A DNA stretch of 52,802 bases from an uncultured Marinoscillum sp. (GTDB lineage Bacteria; Bacteroidota; Bacteroidia; Cytophagales; MED-G16): positions 6,988 to 59,789 of the forward strand of contig CAZYIL010000001.1 of the NCBI GenBank assembly GCA_964646945.1, given 5' to 3'. The translations under genes and the position numbers were made by a program. The notes beneath the pieces are model-generated. The model was given only the letters and a program-made list of their open reading frames with translations, was not told the origin of the DNA and made no database searches. Below, piece by piece: positions 9,088-18,496 of this stretch (positions within the stretch are counted from its first letter, which is position 1; each line of letters opens with the position of its first letter).

Positions 9088-11931
9088 TTAAAAACTAATA
9101 TTAGAAAGGAGAAGATCAAAAGTTGGGTTATTGTTTTTTAATATATACCCCCACCTTACCCCTAAACTAAAAACAGATGGCTGCCTAAAAAAATTAACAT
9201 CAAAATATAAATCTCCCCCAAAACCAAAAGGCTGTTCTCTTACAAATAATCTCGTGTTATAATCAACCCCATCAACTTGACCAAGGTTAATAAATGAAGT
9301 ATACCGGATCCTTTGAAAATTTAAAAACGGTCCAAGATGAATATGTGGGTAAGCGACTGGAAATTCATATTCAATTTTTCCGCTTATAACTTCTGTAAAA
9401 AGGTTCTTTGTTCTATAGCCGATAATTGAAGAAACAGAAGAAGCAAAAGCATAACCGTTTTGAGTTTGTTTTTCAAAATGAAAACCTAATCTTAATGAGT
9501 GAGTATTGTTTATACCTGGAAAATCAAAAAAAGAATCAAAACGAAAAAAATAACCACTAAAATTACTTGCTTTTGTCATGTATTTATGTTGAAACAAAAA
9601 AGTTTGACCCCAAGGGTAATAAACATTTCGTTTCGTTTTCTTATGAAGCCTTGAGTAGTATATAGTATTTGTGAGATAGTTTATATAATCATTGTTTAAT
9701 GAAACAGAACCAGGAAAAAAAGGAGCATAAACGTTTTGTAGTCGAGTTAAAGAATAGTTTGATTCTAAATACAAAGAGGTTAAATACTTAGAGGAGGTGA
9801 AAGAAAGAGGGATTTTAGTTCCTATTTTTAATTCTTTTTCATCCCACTCTACATCATAACTTTTTGCCTCTGACGATCCATTTCCAATAGTTATCATCGA
9901 TTTCTTTTTTGTTTTTAAAAAAGAAAGATCAAAAATAGGATATAAACCAAGATAACTTAATTTAAAAACACCAGAACCTTCTTTTTTATAGTTATCGTAT
10001 AAATATCCAGTTGAGAAAACTAAATTACCCATTAAATCTTGAGAATTTATTCCAAAAGAAACTTCATCAATCCCTTTGATATCTCCACTATAATTATATA
10101 CCCCCCAATCTACTGGCCGGATTAGATTTTTCCATTTATAATATCTTGTGGTTTTGTATTCTGTTTTTGTTTGTTTAAAAATTAATTTTCTTTTAAAGAC
10201 TTCATTTTTTATTTCTTGACGACTAATGTTTGATAGAAATTTTTTTTCATGCACATCAAAACCAAAGGGAGAATAATTATTGTATAGAATTTTTAAATCA
10301 GAATTTTTTGAAACACTAACCAATAAACTAGGATTATAGGCCCCATAACGACTGTTTGTAAACTGAAACTTTTTTTGTGAAGCCAAGTCAACATATACAA
10401 TATTATCTACCCCAGCAACAACATTATTAAAAAAAACAAAAGACCCCTTTTTAATTGGATTTCCTATGTTTTCATAGGTAGAGTACAAAACCTTTTCTTT
10501 TTTATTACCAAGATCAATTAAGACTATTTCTTTTTTTTCATCCCATGTTTTCAACCCAATAATTTTATTTTTTTCATCAGAAAACCTTAAATGTGTATAA
10601 ACACCGTTTTTTAAAATGATATTAACAGAAGGTTTGGACGAAGCAATATTTTGAACTATTAATTTACCAACTCCTGAGGGTAGATTTTCTAACGCAACAA
10701 ACGATAGTCCATCAGAAGAAAGATCAACAGAAGAATACATAGCTTTTTTTGTTTTCAACACAAATTTTTTCTTGTCTATATTTAATATTTTAATATTTGA
10801 AAAAACCCTATTGTCCCATCTCGGATCTTTATGATACTCTATCCAGGCCAACAAATTATTTGAAAGAGCAATAAAACCCTGATCTTTTATTAAACCAGGT
10901 GTAAAAAGCTTTTTTACATTTTTGTTTTTATCTATTACCGCAAAATGTTTTAAACTATTGAGGCCTTTTGTAAGAACAAGAATTTTATTTTCTTTATATG
11001 CTCTAGGGTAAAGAAAATCAGAATATGATTTTGAATTTCTTTGGTTTAAACGACCCCCCTCTTGTTGTTTCTTTTTTGTAGAATCAATCAAAGTCCTAAA
11101 GCTGTTTTTATAAAGAGTTTTTAGATTCAAGGAAGTTTCTTTTTTTAAATTTCTAACAAATGGAAAAGGTGTAAGTGATTGAGAAAAGGTTTTGTCTATT
11201 ATCGTATTAAAAACATCTACACCATAGTTTTCTTTTATATACCTTGTTATCAGATAACCACTCTCATATTCATTTGGGGTTTTGTATTTATAACTACCAA
11301 GGGTATGTTTATAATAACTAAAAGGAGAAAAACTATTCACATTAGACTTAATTGTTCTTAAAAAACTTGGCTCCCTACCCCTTCCGTAATTAGTTAATCT
11401 AGTTTCTGTGTCTACAGCGTCTCCTTCCCAAAACCAAAAAGGCATTGAGGCAGCCCCCAAGGCCCTAAAAGCATTTTCTCCAAAGAATAAATACACCAAC
11501 TTATTTATTGGCTTGCTTAACGCCTTTTCAGTTTGAACAAGGTGTCTAAATTCGTGTATTGCCAAAAGGTTTATCCAATTATTGTTACTAATAAAAGTAT
11601 ACTCTTGTGGGGGAGATGTTGCGAAAAACTCAGACCTTCTTGGCCCCCAAGAAACAAAAGCATTAGATAAAGCACTAGTGTTATGTAATATAATAGGTGT
11701 TTTTCTAACATGTATCCCTAAACCATAAGACGAAGTATCATAAATGTTTTCTAAAAAATTTAGTGTGTAATTTGCCAAAGAATCAAGCTCCGGAGGAAAA
11801 ATCACTTTAAAATGATCGCTGTTTTTTTGTTCCCATTTTATTGAAGGAGGGGATTGCTGTTGGGCTTCTAAAACAGAAATAAAATTCAAACACAAAAGAA
11901 TGACTATAAATAGTTTAATCAAACGAAACAT
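9088..11931 (-). CDS. 947-aa secreted/outer-membrane protein: N-terminal MA-clan gluzincin-like domain, TolB-like beta-propeller region and C-terminal beta-barrel-like region
   Basis: Signal peptide MFRLIKLFIVILLCLNFISVLEA|QQ. HEFRH at 11542..11556, then WFWEGDAV 39 residues later (an HExxH...EGxA arrangement, as in Peptidase_MA-type proteins). A long repeat-like middle has alternating beta patterns. The C-terminus ...LLLSNISF ends in Phe, as in outer-membrane barrels. Confidence 0.6.
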   Translation of the reverse strand: MFRLIKLFIVILLCLNFISVLEAQQQSPPSIKWEQKNSDHFKVIFPPELDSLANYTLNFLENIYDTSSYGLGIHVRKTPIILHNTSALSNAFVSWGPRRSEFFATSPPQEYTFISNNNWINLLAIHEFRHLVQTEKALSKPINKLVYLFFGENAFRALGAASMPFWFWEGDAVDTETRLTNYGRGREPSFLRTIKSNVNSFSPFSYYKHTLGSYKYKTPNEYESGYLITRYIKENYGVDVFNTIIDKTFSQSLTPFPFVRNLKKETSLNLKTLYKNSFRTLIDSTKKKQQEGGRLNQRNSKSYSDFLYPRAYKENKILVLTKGLNSLKHFAVIDKNKNVKKLFTPGLIKDQGFIALSNNLLAWIEYHKDPRWDNRVFSNIKILNIDKKKFVLKTKKAMYSSVDLSSDGLSFVALENLPSGVGKLIVQNIASSKPSVNIILKNGVYTHLRFSDEKNKIIGLKTWDEKKEIVLIDLGNKKEKVLYSTYENIGNPIKKGSFVFFNNVVAGVDNIVYVDLASQKKFQFTNSRYGAYNPSLLVSVSKNSDLKILYNNYSPFGFDVHEKKFLSNISRQEIKNEVFKRKLIFKQTKTEYKTTRYYKWKNLIRPVDWGVYNYSGDIKGIDEVSFGINSQDLMGNLVFSTGYLYDNYKKEGSGVFKLSYLGLYPIFDLSFLKTKKKSMITIGNGSSEAKSYDVEWDEKELKIGTKIPLSFTSSKYLTSLYLESNYSLTRLQNVYAPFFPGSVSLNNDYINYLTNTIYYSRLHKKTKRNVYYPWGQTFLFQHKYMTKASNFSGYFFRFDSFFDFPGINNTHSLRLGFHFEKQTQNGYAFASSVSSIIGYRTKNLFTEVISGKIEYEFPVAYPHIHLGPFLNFQRIRYTSFINLGQVDGVDYNTRLFVREQPFGFGGDLYFDVNFFRQPSVFSLGVRWGYILKNNNPTFDLLLSNISF

Positions 11932-13055
11932 TGAAACAGTTTTTTTATTTCACCATCAACATTGTAAACGTGTGGCGAAATCCTAATTTTGTCGCCCCTA
12001 AGCGAGACAGAAATTTTTTTATTTTTAAACAATTTCAAGAGGCTTTTGTTTGGAATAAGTTGTTTTATTCCAAAAAGATGATTTGCTCTATATTTTTCAT
12101 TTTCAACCCAATATTTATTATTATCTATTTTTTTAATTTCTTCAGAAATTAAATCGCTACAATAATTTTGAATATTTTCAACACCCCAATGTTTAATTTG
12201 TTGCAATCCAGCAAGGAGCATCGGAATTAAAATAAAATTACTTTGTTGACCCACATTGTATCTTGCTGAAAAATCTCCATAATTATCATTATAATTAACG
12301 AGCTCAGAAAAGTTTTTGCTATTTTTTCTATTAATCCAATTATCTTCTATTGGAATCCCTTTATCAAAAACCTCACTATAATAAGCAAGACCAATACCAT
12401 ATGGTCCCATTAACCATTTATAACCAGCACAAATTAAGGCATCAGGATTAATTTTTTTTATATCAAAAGGGAGAGCCCCAACAGATTGTGTTCCATCTAT
12501 AATCAATAAAGCCCCAACTTTTTTTGTTTTTTTTCTAATTGCCATTAAATTAAACAATGTTCCACACACCCAATGTATATTACTTATCGCAACTACCCTT
12601 GTTTTCTTAGTTATAGAGTCTAAAATTTTTTCATTCCACTTTTCACCAGAATTGATTAATGAATCAGGCCTATTTACAACAACCAATTTTCCTCTAGTTT
12701 TTTTACATAAAGCAGACCACGGGTATATATTGCTCGGAAATTGTTCACCTAAAACAAGAACTTCTTCATTCGGTTTTAAACTAATGTTATTAACAACATT
12801 ACCTATGCCGTATGAGGCAGAAGGGATAATTGCTATTCTTTGGTAGTTATCACACCCCACGAGTGAAGCAAAAGCTTTTTTTGTTAAAACAACATTATTA
12901 AAAAAATCCTTAGGATAAATTTTATAAGGCTTTCTTTTTTGTTTCAAACCTTTAATCCCAGCATTTTCTACCTTTTTTAACATAGGAGACATATACGCAC
13001 AGTTTAAATAAATTGCTTTGTTAGATAGTATGAATTTAGATTTTTGACAACGCAT
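11919..13055 (-). CDS. Class-V aminotransferase-fold PLP enzyme (cysteine desulfurase/kynureninase-like)
   Basis: IDGTQSVGALP and AGYKWLMGPYGIG (PLP-lysine context) are typical of fold-type I class V enzymes. The 3' end overlaps the 947-aa gene start by 13 nt. Confidence 0.75.
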   Translation of the reverse strand: MRCQKSKFILSNKAIYLNCAYMSPMLKKVENAGIKGLKQKRKPYKIYPKDFFNNVVLTKKAFASLVGCDNYQRIAIIPSASYGIGNVVNNISLKPNEEVLVLGEQFPSNIYPWSALCKKTRGKLVVVNRPDSLINSGEKWNEKILDSITKKTRVVAISNIHWVCGTLFNLMAIRKKTKKVGALLIIDGTQSVGALPFDIKKINPDALICAGYKWLMGPYGIGLAYYSEVFDKGIPIEDNWINRKNSKNFSELVNYNDNYGDFSARYNVGQQSNFILIPMLLAGLQQIKHWGVENIQNYCSDLISEEIKKIDNNKYWVENEKYRANHLFGIKQLIPNKSLLKLFKNKKISVSLRGDKIRISPHVYNVDGEIKKLFQCFV

Positions 13056-13080
13056 GTTTTATCTTCTTAAGTATATAAAA

Positions 13081-14736
13081 TTAATAAAATCGAGGAGGTT
13101 TTCGGTTGTGATAATTAGATTCTTTCTGTAGTAAATGAGCAACAGAAAGAAGCTTGCCTTCTTCGAAATAATTTCCAATAATGGTTATGCTAGTGGGAGA
13201 ATTATCTTTATCAAATCCATTTGGAATAGATAAAGCAGGATGACCCGTAAGGTTTGTGGTAAGCATTTGATGCCCACCAAAAGTGGGAGATATAATTATA
13301 TCAAAAGTTTCAAAAACAGAGGCAACATCTTCAATCAACCTAGCGCGAAACCTGTTTGCCTGGATATACTCAACCGCGGGAATAAACCTAGACTGCCTTA
13401 ATGAATTAGCCCTGGATCTTTTACTTTGCTCTGTTAATATAGAATCTTTTCTTTCTATAATTAATTCATTAAAAAAAGCACCAGCTTCAGACCTGAGTAT
13501 TATATCAAAAACATCAAAAGGATAATTTGTTGGTAACGAAACAGGGATAAGAGTGCCGCCTAATTTTTTAATTAACTTTAAAGTTTCTGTATTATTAACC
13601 CCATTATTAGTTGTGTCTTTTTCAAACAATCTTTTTAAGTAACCTATTTTATATTTTTTTAAACTACCAACATCTTCAAATAATAAAGGGGCGTTTTCAA
13701 CAGATTGATCTAAACTATCTTTTCCTTTTATTTGTTTTAAAACTAAAGCACACCCTTTTGCCGACCTACAGATAGCCCCCACTTTATCCATACTCCACGA
13801 TAAACTCATAAAACCAAATCTACTTACTAAACCATAAGTTGGCCTTAACCCAAAAACCCCACATTTTGTTGAAGGGGAAATGATTGACCCCCATGTTTCT
13901 GTACCTATAGAAAAACCAACCAAGCCAGCGGCAGTGGCAGAAGCAGACCCCGCAGAAGAACCACTTGAGCCTTCATTTAAATTCCAAGGATTTTTTGTTT
14001 TTCCACCATACCAAACATCACCCCTTGCTAATGCTCCAGAGCTAAGTTTTACCAACATCACCGCGCCAGCATCCTCTAACTTTTTTATTACAGTGGCTTT
14101 TTTATTTATATGTTGATTTTTATAAGGAGCCGCTCCCCATGTGGTAGGGAAATCAGGGTGCGAAGCTAAATCTTTAATTCCATAAGGAATACCATGAAGA
14201 GGGCCACGGTATTTTCCTTTAGCGATTTCTTCGTCAGCTTTTTTGGCTTGTTTAATAGCTAGATTTTCTGTTAGAGTGATTATTGCTTTAAGGTTTTTAT
14301 CGTATTTTTTAAGCCTATTTAAATATATTTGCGTCAGCTCTTCAGAAGACAAAAGTTTGTTTTTTATTAAATAAGCTAATTTATAAATTGGTAGATAAGC
14401 AATGTCTTTCTTTTGTTTAGGAGGATTTGTTTTTTCTAAAACGAATCGTGTTTCTTTATTATTTAAAACCGAAGGATTGAATTTTATTTCAAAATCATTA
14501 ATAGGCTCCACGGACATATCGAGAGAAAACTCGCGCATTTTTTTATAAGCATCTAAATTTCTTTTTAAATAAGGAGTTAGAGTATCAATTTCCTCTTTTG
14601 AAAACTTAATGCCGAAAATCTTTTGAGCTGAAAAGACATCTTCTGTATTAAATGAAGTTTTTTCAACCAAAATATTATAAGAGAATAAAACAAATATCCC
14701 ACACAACAAGAAAAGAAAATTTTTTTTGTTAATCAT
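13081..14736 (-). CDS. Amidase-signature family hydrolase with N-terminal signal/anchor
   Basis: GIPYGIKDL (catalytic Lys) and the GSSGSSAGSASATAAGL amidase signature. The N-terminus MINKKNFLFLLCGIFVLFSYN is hydrophobic. Confidence 0.85.
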   Translation of the reverse strand: MINKKNFLFLLCGIFVLFSYNILVEKTSFNTEDVFSAQKIFGIKFSKEEIDTLTPYLKRNLDAYKKMREFSLDMSVEPINDFEIKFNPSVLNNKETRFVLEKTNPPKQKKDIAYLPIYKLAYLIKNKLLSSEELTQIYLNRLKKYDKNLKAIITLTENLAIKQAKKADEEIAKGKYRGPLHGIPYGIKDLASHPDFPTTWGAAPYKNQHINKKATVIKKLEDAGAVMLVKLSSGALARGDVWYGGKTKNPWNLNEGSSGSSAGSASATAAGLVGFSIGTETWGSIISPSTKCGVFGLRPTYGLVSRFGFMSLSWSMDKVGAICRSAKGCALVLKQIKGKDSLDQSVENAPLLFEDVGSLKKYKIGYLKRLFEKDTTNNGVNNTETLKLIKKLGGTLIPVSLPTNYPFDVFDIILRSEAGAFFNELIIERKDSILTEQSKRSRANSLRQSRFIPAVEYIQANRFRARLIEDVASVFETFDIIISPTFGGHQMLTTNLTGHPALSIPNGFDKDNSPTSITIIGNYFEEGKLLSVAHLLQKESNYHNRKPPRFY

Positions 14737-14770
14737 ATAATGTTCTTTAAGTTTTTTAATTTACAAACTA

Positions 14771-14778
14771 CAAATTTA
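14771..14778 (-). promoter_or_regulatory. TAnnTTTG box (TAAATTTG on the minus strand) upstream of the amidase gene
   Basis: Plus-strand CAAATTTA, 34 nt upstream of the ATG at 14736. Confidence 0.35.
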
Positions 14779-14810
14779 ATTATTCTTCAAAGGCTTAAAT
14801 ATAAATGTAA

Positions 14811-17552
14811 TTGAAATCTAACACTAAAAAACTTTTTTTATTTGATGCCATGGCTCTTATTTATCGTGCTCATTTTGCTTTTAGCAAAAATCCCAGGATT
14901 AATTCTAAAGGCTTCAATACTAGTGCTATTTTTGGTTTCACCAACACCTTTTTAGAAGTTTTTAAAAAAGAAAAACCCACACACGCTGCTGTTGTTTTTG
15001 ACACAAAAGCCAAAACTTTTAGAAGCGATATTTACCCAGAGTATAAATCAAACAGACAAAAACAACCAGAAGACATTCAAAACTCAATTCCTTATATAAA
15101 AAATATTATATCAGCTTTTAATATCCCTGTTTTGTTCAAAGATGGATATGAGGCGGATGATATAATTGGAACTATAACTAAAATTTTTTCTAAAAAAAAC
15201 ATAGACATATTTATGATGACTCCTGACAAAGATTTTTGTCAACTTGTAAGAAAGAATGTTTATTTGTATAAACCCGCTTTTATGGGTAGGGGAGTTGATA
15301 TTCTTGGAGAAAAAGAAGTATTGGAAAAATTTGGAATAACATCAATAGAACAAGTGATTGATTATTTAGGATTAAATGGAGATAGCTCAGATAACATTCC
15401 AGGTATTCCTGGTGTAGGTCCCAAAACAGCAAAAAAACTTTTAAAAAAATACAACTCTATGGAAAATATTATTTCTAACAGCAAAAAAATTCCTGGTTCA
15501 GTTGGAGAAAAGATTAAACAATTCTCAGATCAAGGAATCTTATCAAAAACGCTTGCTACTATTAAAACAGATGTGAAGATTCAGATTACACTAGAAAAAA
15601 TGAATGTTTCTACACCTAACACCAATGCTTTGAATAGTTTATTTGATGAATTAGAGTTTAGGGTTTTAAAAAACAGAGTGTTTAATCAATTTGACACTAA
15701 ACCTAAGCACTCAGATAACCAACAGCTGAATGTTTTTGAAACCCAAAAAACATCTAGAAAACAATATCATATTATCCAAACAGAAACAGATTTGATTGAA
15801 CTATTAAATCGACTTCAAAACAATCATGAAATTTGTTTTGATACAGAAACAACAGGATTAAATACTTTGGAAGATGAACTGGTTGGGCTATCTTTTTCTA
15901 TCAAAGAGCATGAGGCGTATTTTTTACCCATTTCAGAAGATTTAGAAAAAGCAAAAACAACAATTTTAAAAATCAAACCTTTTTTAGAAAATCCGCTAAA
16001 GATGATTATTGGCCACAACCTTAAATTTGATATTCAGGTGATGAAAAAATACGATGTAAATATTTCTAACAACATATTCGATACCATGCTAGCACATTAT
16101 TTGCTAGACCCTGAGACGAGCCATAGATTAGATGTAATTTCAGAAAATATACTCCAACATAAAATGATTTCCATAGAAGAGCTAATTGGAAAAAAAGGAC
16201 CGGACCAAAAAAATATGAAAGACGTTCCTTTGGATGTTTTAGGAGAGTATGCTTGTGAAGACGCTGATATTACTCTAAGATTAAAAAATATTTTTTCCAA
16301 ATCAATTGAGAAAAACGGCTTAACCAAGCTTTTATACGATGTTGAACAGCCTTTGTGTTTTGTGTTGAGTTCAATGGAACTAGAGGGGGTTTCAATTGAT
16401 ACAAATAAACTCCAACAAATGTCTGATGTATTAAAATCTATGATTTTAGCTTCCGAAAAACAAATTTTTAATATGTCGGGGGGAGAGGAATTTAATATAT
16501 CTTCTCCAAAACAGCTTGGGGCTATTTTATTTGAGAAACTAAAAATTGATGAAAAACCAAAAAAAACAAAAACCGGGCAATATGCAACAGGTGAAGAAGT
16601 GCTTAAAAGGTTATCTAGCACACATCCAATTGTAGAAAAAGTTTTAATGTTCAGAGAATATAAAAAACTTAAAACAACATACGTTGATGCTCTACCTAAT
16701 TTAATAAGTAAGGTTGACCAAAAAGTTCATACACACTATGGACAGGCCGTGACCTCAACAGGAAGGTTAAGCTCAAACAATCCTAACCTCCAAAACATTC
16801 CAATTAAAACAGAAACGGGAAGGCAAATAAGAGAGGCGTTTATTCCTTGCACGAACACCAACTTTATTTTGTCTGCAGATTATTCTCAAGTAGAGCTAAG
16901 AATCATAGCCTCATTCAGCAATGATCAAGAAATGATTAACGCATTTAATAACAATCAAGATATTCACAAAACTACTGCGTCTAAAGTTTTTAAAGTACCA
17001 TTAAACCAAGTTGATCAACAAATGAGAAGAAAAGCAAAAGAAGTAAATTTTGGTATCATTTACGGAATTTCTCCTTTTGGTTTATCACAAAATCTTTCTA
17101 TTAAAAGAGCCGAAGCAAATGAAATTATAGAATCCTATTTTAAAGAATTTCCCAATGTAAAAAGGTATATGGATGAAGCAATAAATAAAGCTAGAGAGAA
17201 TGAGTATGTTGAAACTATTTTAGGAAGAAAAAGATTTTTACGAGATATAAACTCACGAAATCAAACAATTAGAGGTTATGCTGAACGTAATGCAATAAAC
17301 ACCCCGATTCAAGGAAGCGCAGCGGATATAATTAAATTAGCTATGATCAAAATATATAAGTGGATGAAAACAGAAAAACTAAAATCCAAAATGATCATGC
17401 AGGTGCATGATGAATTAGTTTTTGACATATACCAGGAAGAAAAAGAAATAATGATAGAAAAGATAAAAACTTTAATGGAAAACGCTATGCCTTTAAAAGC
17501 ACCTTTATTGGTGAGTATAGGTTATGGAGAAAATTGGTTAAAAGCACACTAA
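14811..17552 (+). CDS. polA: DNA polymerase I
   Basis: 5'-nuclease N-terminus (KKLFLFDAMALIYRAHFAF), 3'-5' exo motif CFDTETTGL, and polymerase motifs LSADYSQVELRI and QVHDELVF. TTG start is required because an upstream ATG runs straight into a stop. Confidence 0.95.
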   Translation: MKSNTKKLFLFDAMALIYRAHFAFSKNPRINSKGFNTSAIFGFTNTFLEVFKKEKPTHAAVVFDTKAKTFRSDIYPEYKSNRQKQPEDIQNSIPYIKNIISAFNIPVLFKDGYEADDIIGTITKIFSKKNIDIFMMTPDKDFCQLVRKNVYLYKPAFMGRGVDILGEKEVLEKFGITSIEQVIDYLGLNGDSSDNIPGIPGVGPKTAKKLLKKYNSMENIISNSKKIPGSVGEKIKQFSDQGILSKTLATIKTDVKIQITLEKMNVSTPNTNALNSLFDELEFRVLKNRVFNQFDTKPKHSDNQQLNVFETQKTSRKQYHIIQTETDLIELLNRLQNNHEICFDTETTGLNTLEDELVGLSFSIKEHEAYFLPISEDLEKAKTTILKIKPFLENPLKMIIGHNLKFDIQVMKKYDVNISNNIFDTMLAHYLLDPETSHRLDVISENILQHKMISIEELIGKKGPDQKNMKDVPLDVLGEYACEDADITLRLKNIFSKSIEKNGLTKLLYDVEQPLCFVLSSMELEGVSIDTNKLQQMSDVLKSMILASEKQIFNMSGGEEFNISSPKQLGAILFEKLKIDEKPKKTKTGQYATGEEVLKRLSSTHPIVEKVLMFREYKKLKTTYVDALPNLISKVDQKVHTHYGQAVTSTGRLSSNNPNLQNIPIKTETGRQIREAFIPCTNTNFILSADYSQVELRIIASFSNDQEMINAFNNNQDIHKTTASKVFKVPLNQVDQQMRRKAKEVNFGIIYGISPFGLSQNLSIKRAEANEIIESYFKEFPNVKRYMDEAINKARENEYVETILGRKRFLRDINSRNQTIRGYAERNAINTPIQGSAADIIKLAMIKIYKWMKTEKLKSKMIMQVHDELVFDIYQEEKEIMIEKIKTLMENAMPLKAPLLVSIGYGENWLKAH

Positions 17553-17554
17553 TA

Positions 17555-18496
17555 ATGAGAATCAAAAAAGAAGATATCTTAAAAGCACAAATTAGAATAA
17601 ATGATATAATTCATAAAACTCCTGTTTTAACAAATCAATCAATAAACCAAATCTCAGAAGCCCATCTTTTTTTCAAATGTGAGAATTTTCAAAAAATAGG
17701 AGCTTTTAAAATGCGCGGCGCAGCAAATGTAGTGTTTGGTAAAAACAACAAAGAAAAACTAAATGGATTTGCCACCCACTCTTCAGGAAATCATGCCCAA
17801 GCTGTAGCTCTTTCTTCTAAATTGGCAGAAACAACTGCACATATAGTGATGCCAAAAGGGGCGCCTGAAATTAAAAAAAAAGCTGTTAAATCTTATGGCG
17901 CAAACATTTATTATTGTGATAATAATGAAAAAGCAAGAGAAGAGATGTGTAATAATGTTATTAAAAAAACACAGTCTCATTTTATTCATCCTTATAATGA
18001 TTATGGTGTGATTACTGGCCAAGCAACATGTTTTAAGGAAATGTGTGATGATGGATATAACTTAGATTATATTGTCACACCTGTTGGTGGTGGTGGGCTG
18101 GCTTCAGGAACAGCTCTTAGCGCAAAATATTTTTCACCAACCACAAAAGTTATTTTAGCAGAGCCATCTAATGCGAATGATGCTTACAACTCATTTATAA
18201 AAAAACAACTGATACCCGTTGAAACTCCCAACACAATAGCTGATGGACTAAAAACCTCATTAGGTAAAAAAACATTTAACATTATAATTAATCATGTTGA
18301 AGCCATTCTTACTGTTTCAGAAGAAGAAATTGTTTCATCAATGAAATTAATATGGGAAAGAATGAAAATAATTTGTGAACCATCCTGTTCCGTGGCTTTA
18401 GCTGCTGTTATTAAAAACAAAAAAATGTTTAAAAACAAAAAAATAGGAATTATTTTAACAGGAGGAAATGTGGATATAAAAAATCTTCCTTTTTAG
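17555..18496 (+). CDS. PLP-dependent threonine/serine dehydratase (serine racemase-like, fold type II)
   Basis: FQKIGAFKMRGA (PLP lysine), SSGNHAQA, GGGGLASG. The start is set at the ATG 3 nt after the polA stop rather than at the upstream TTG. Confidence 0.8.
   Translation: MRIKKEDILKAQIRINDIIHKTPVLTNQSINQISEAHLFFKCENFQKIGAFKMRGAANVVFGKNNKEKLNGFATHSSGNHAQAVALSSKLAETTAHIVMPKGAPEIKKKAVKSYGANIYYCDNNEKAREEMCNNVIKKTQSHFIHPYNDYGVITGQATCFKEMCDDGYNLDYIVTPVGGGGLASGTALSAKYFSPTTKVILAEPSNANDAYNSFIKKQLIPVETPNTIADGLKTSLGKKTFNIIINHVEAILTVSEEEIVSSMKLIWERMKIICEPSCSVALAAVIKNKKMFKNKKIGIILTGGNVDIKNLPF

Noticed and set aside
16097-16621. 174-aa ORF antisense to polA. Similar shadow ORFs occur at 810..1007, 1447..1725, 4591..4950, 13283..13525, 13880..14116, 41079..41336, 44162..44632, 48786..49049 and 51999..52256.
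   Set aside because: All lie fully inside strongly motif-supported genes on the other strand or frame. Their translations are low-complexity (S/F/I/K-rich) with no recognisable motifs. This is typical of antisense frames that stay open by chance.
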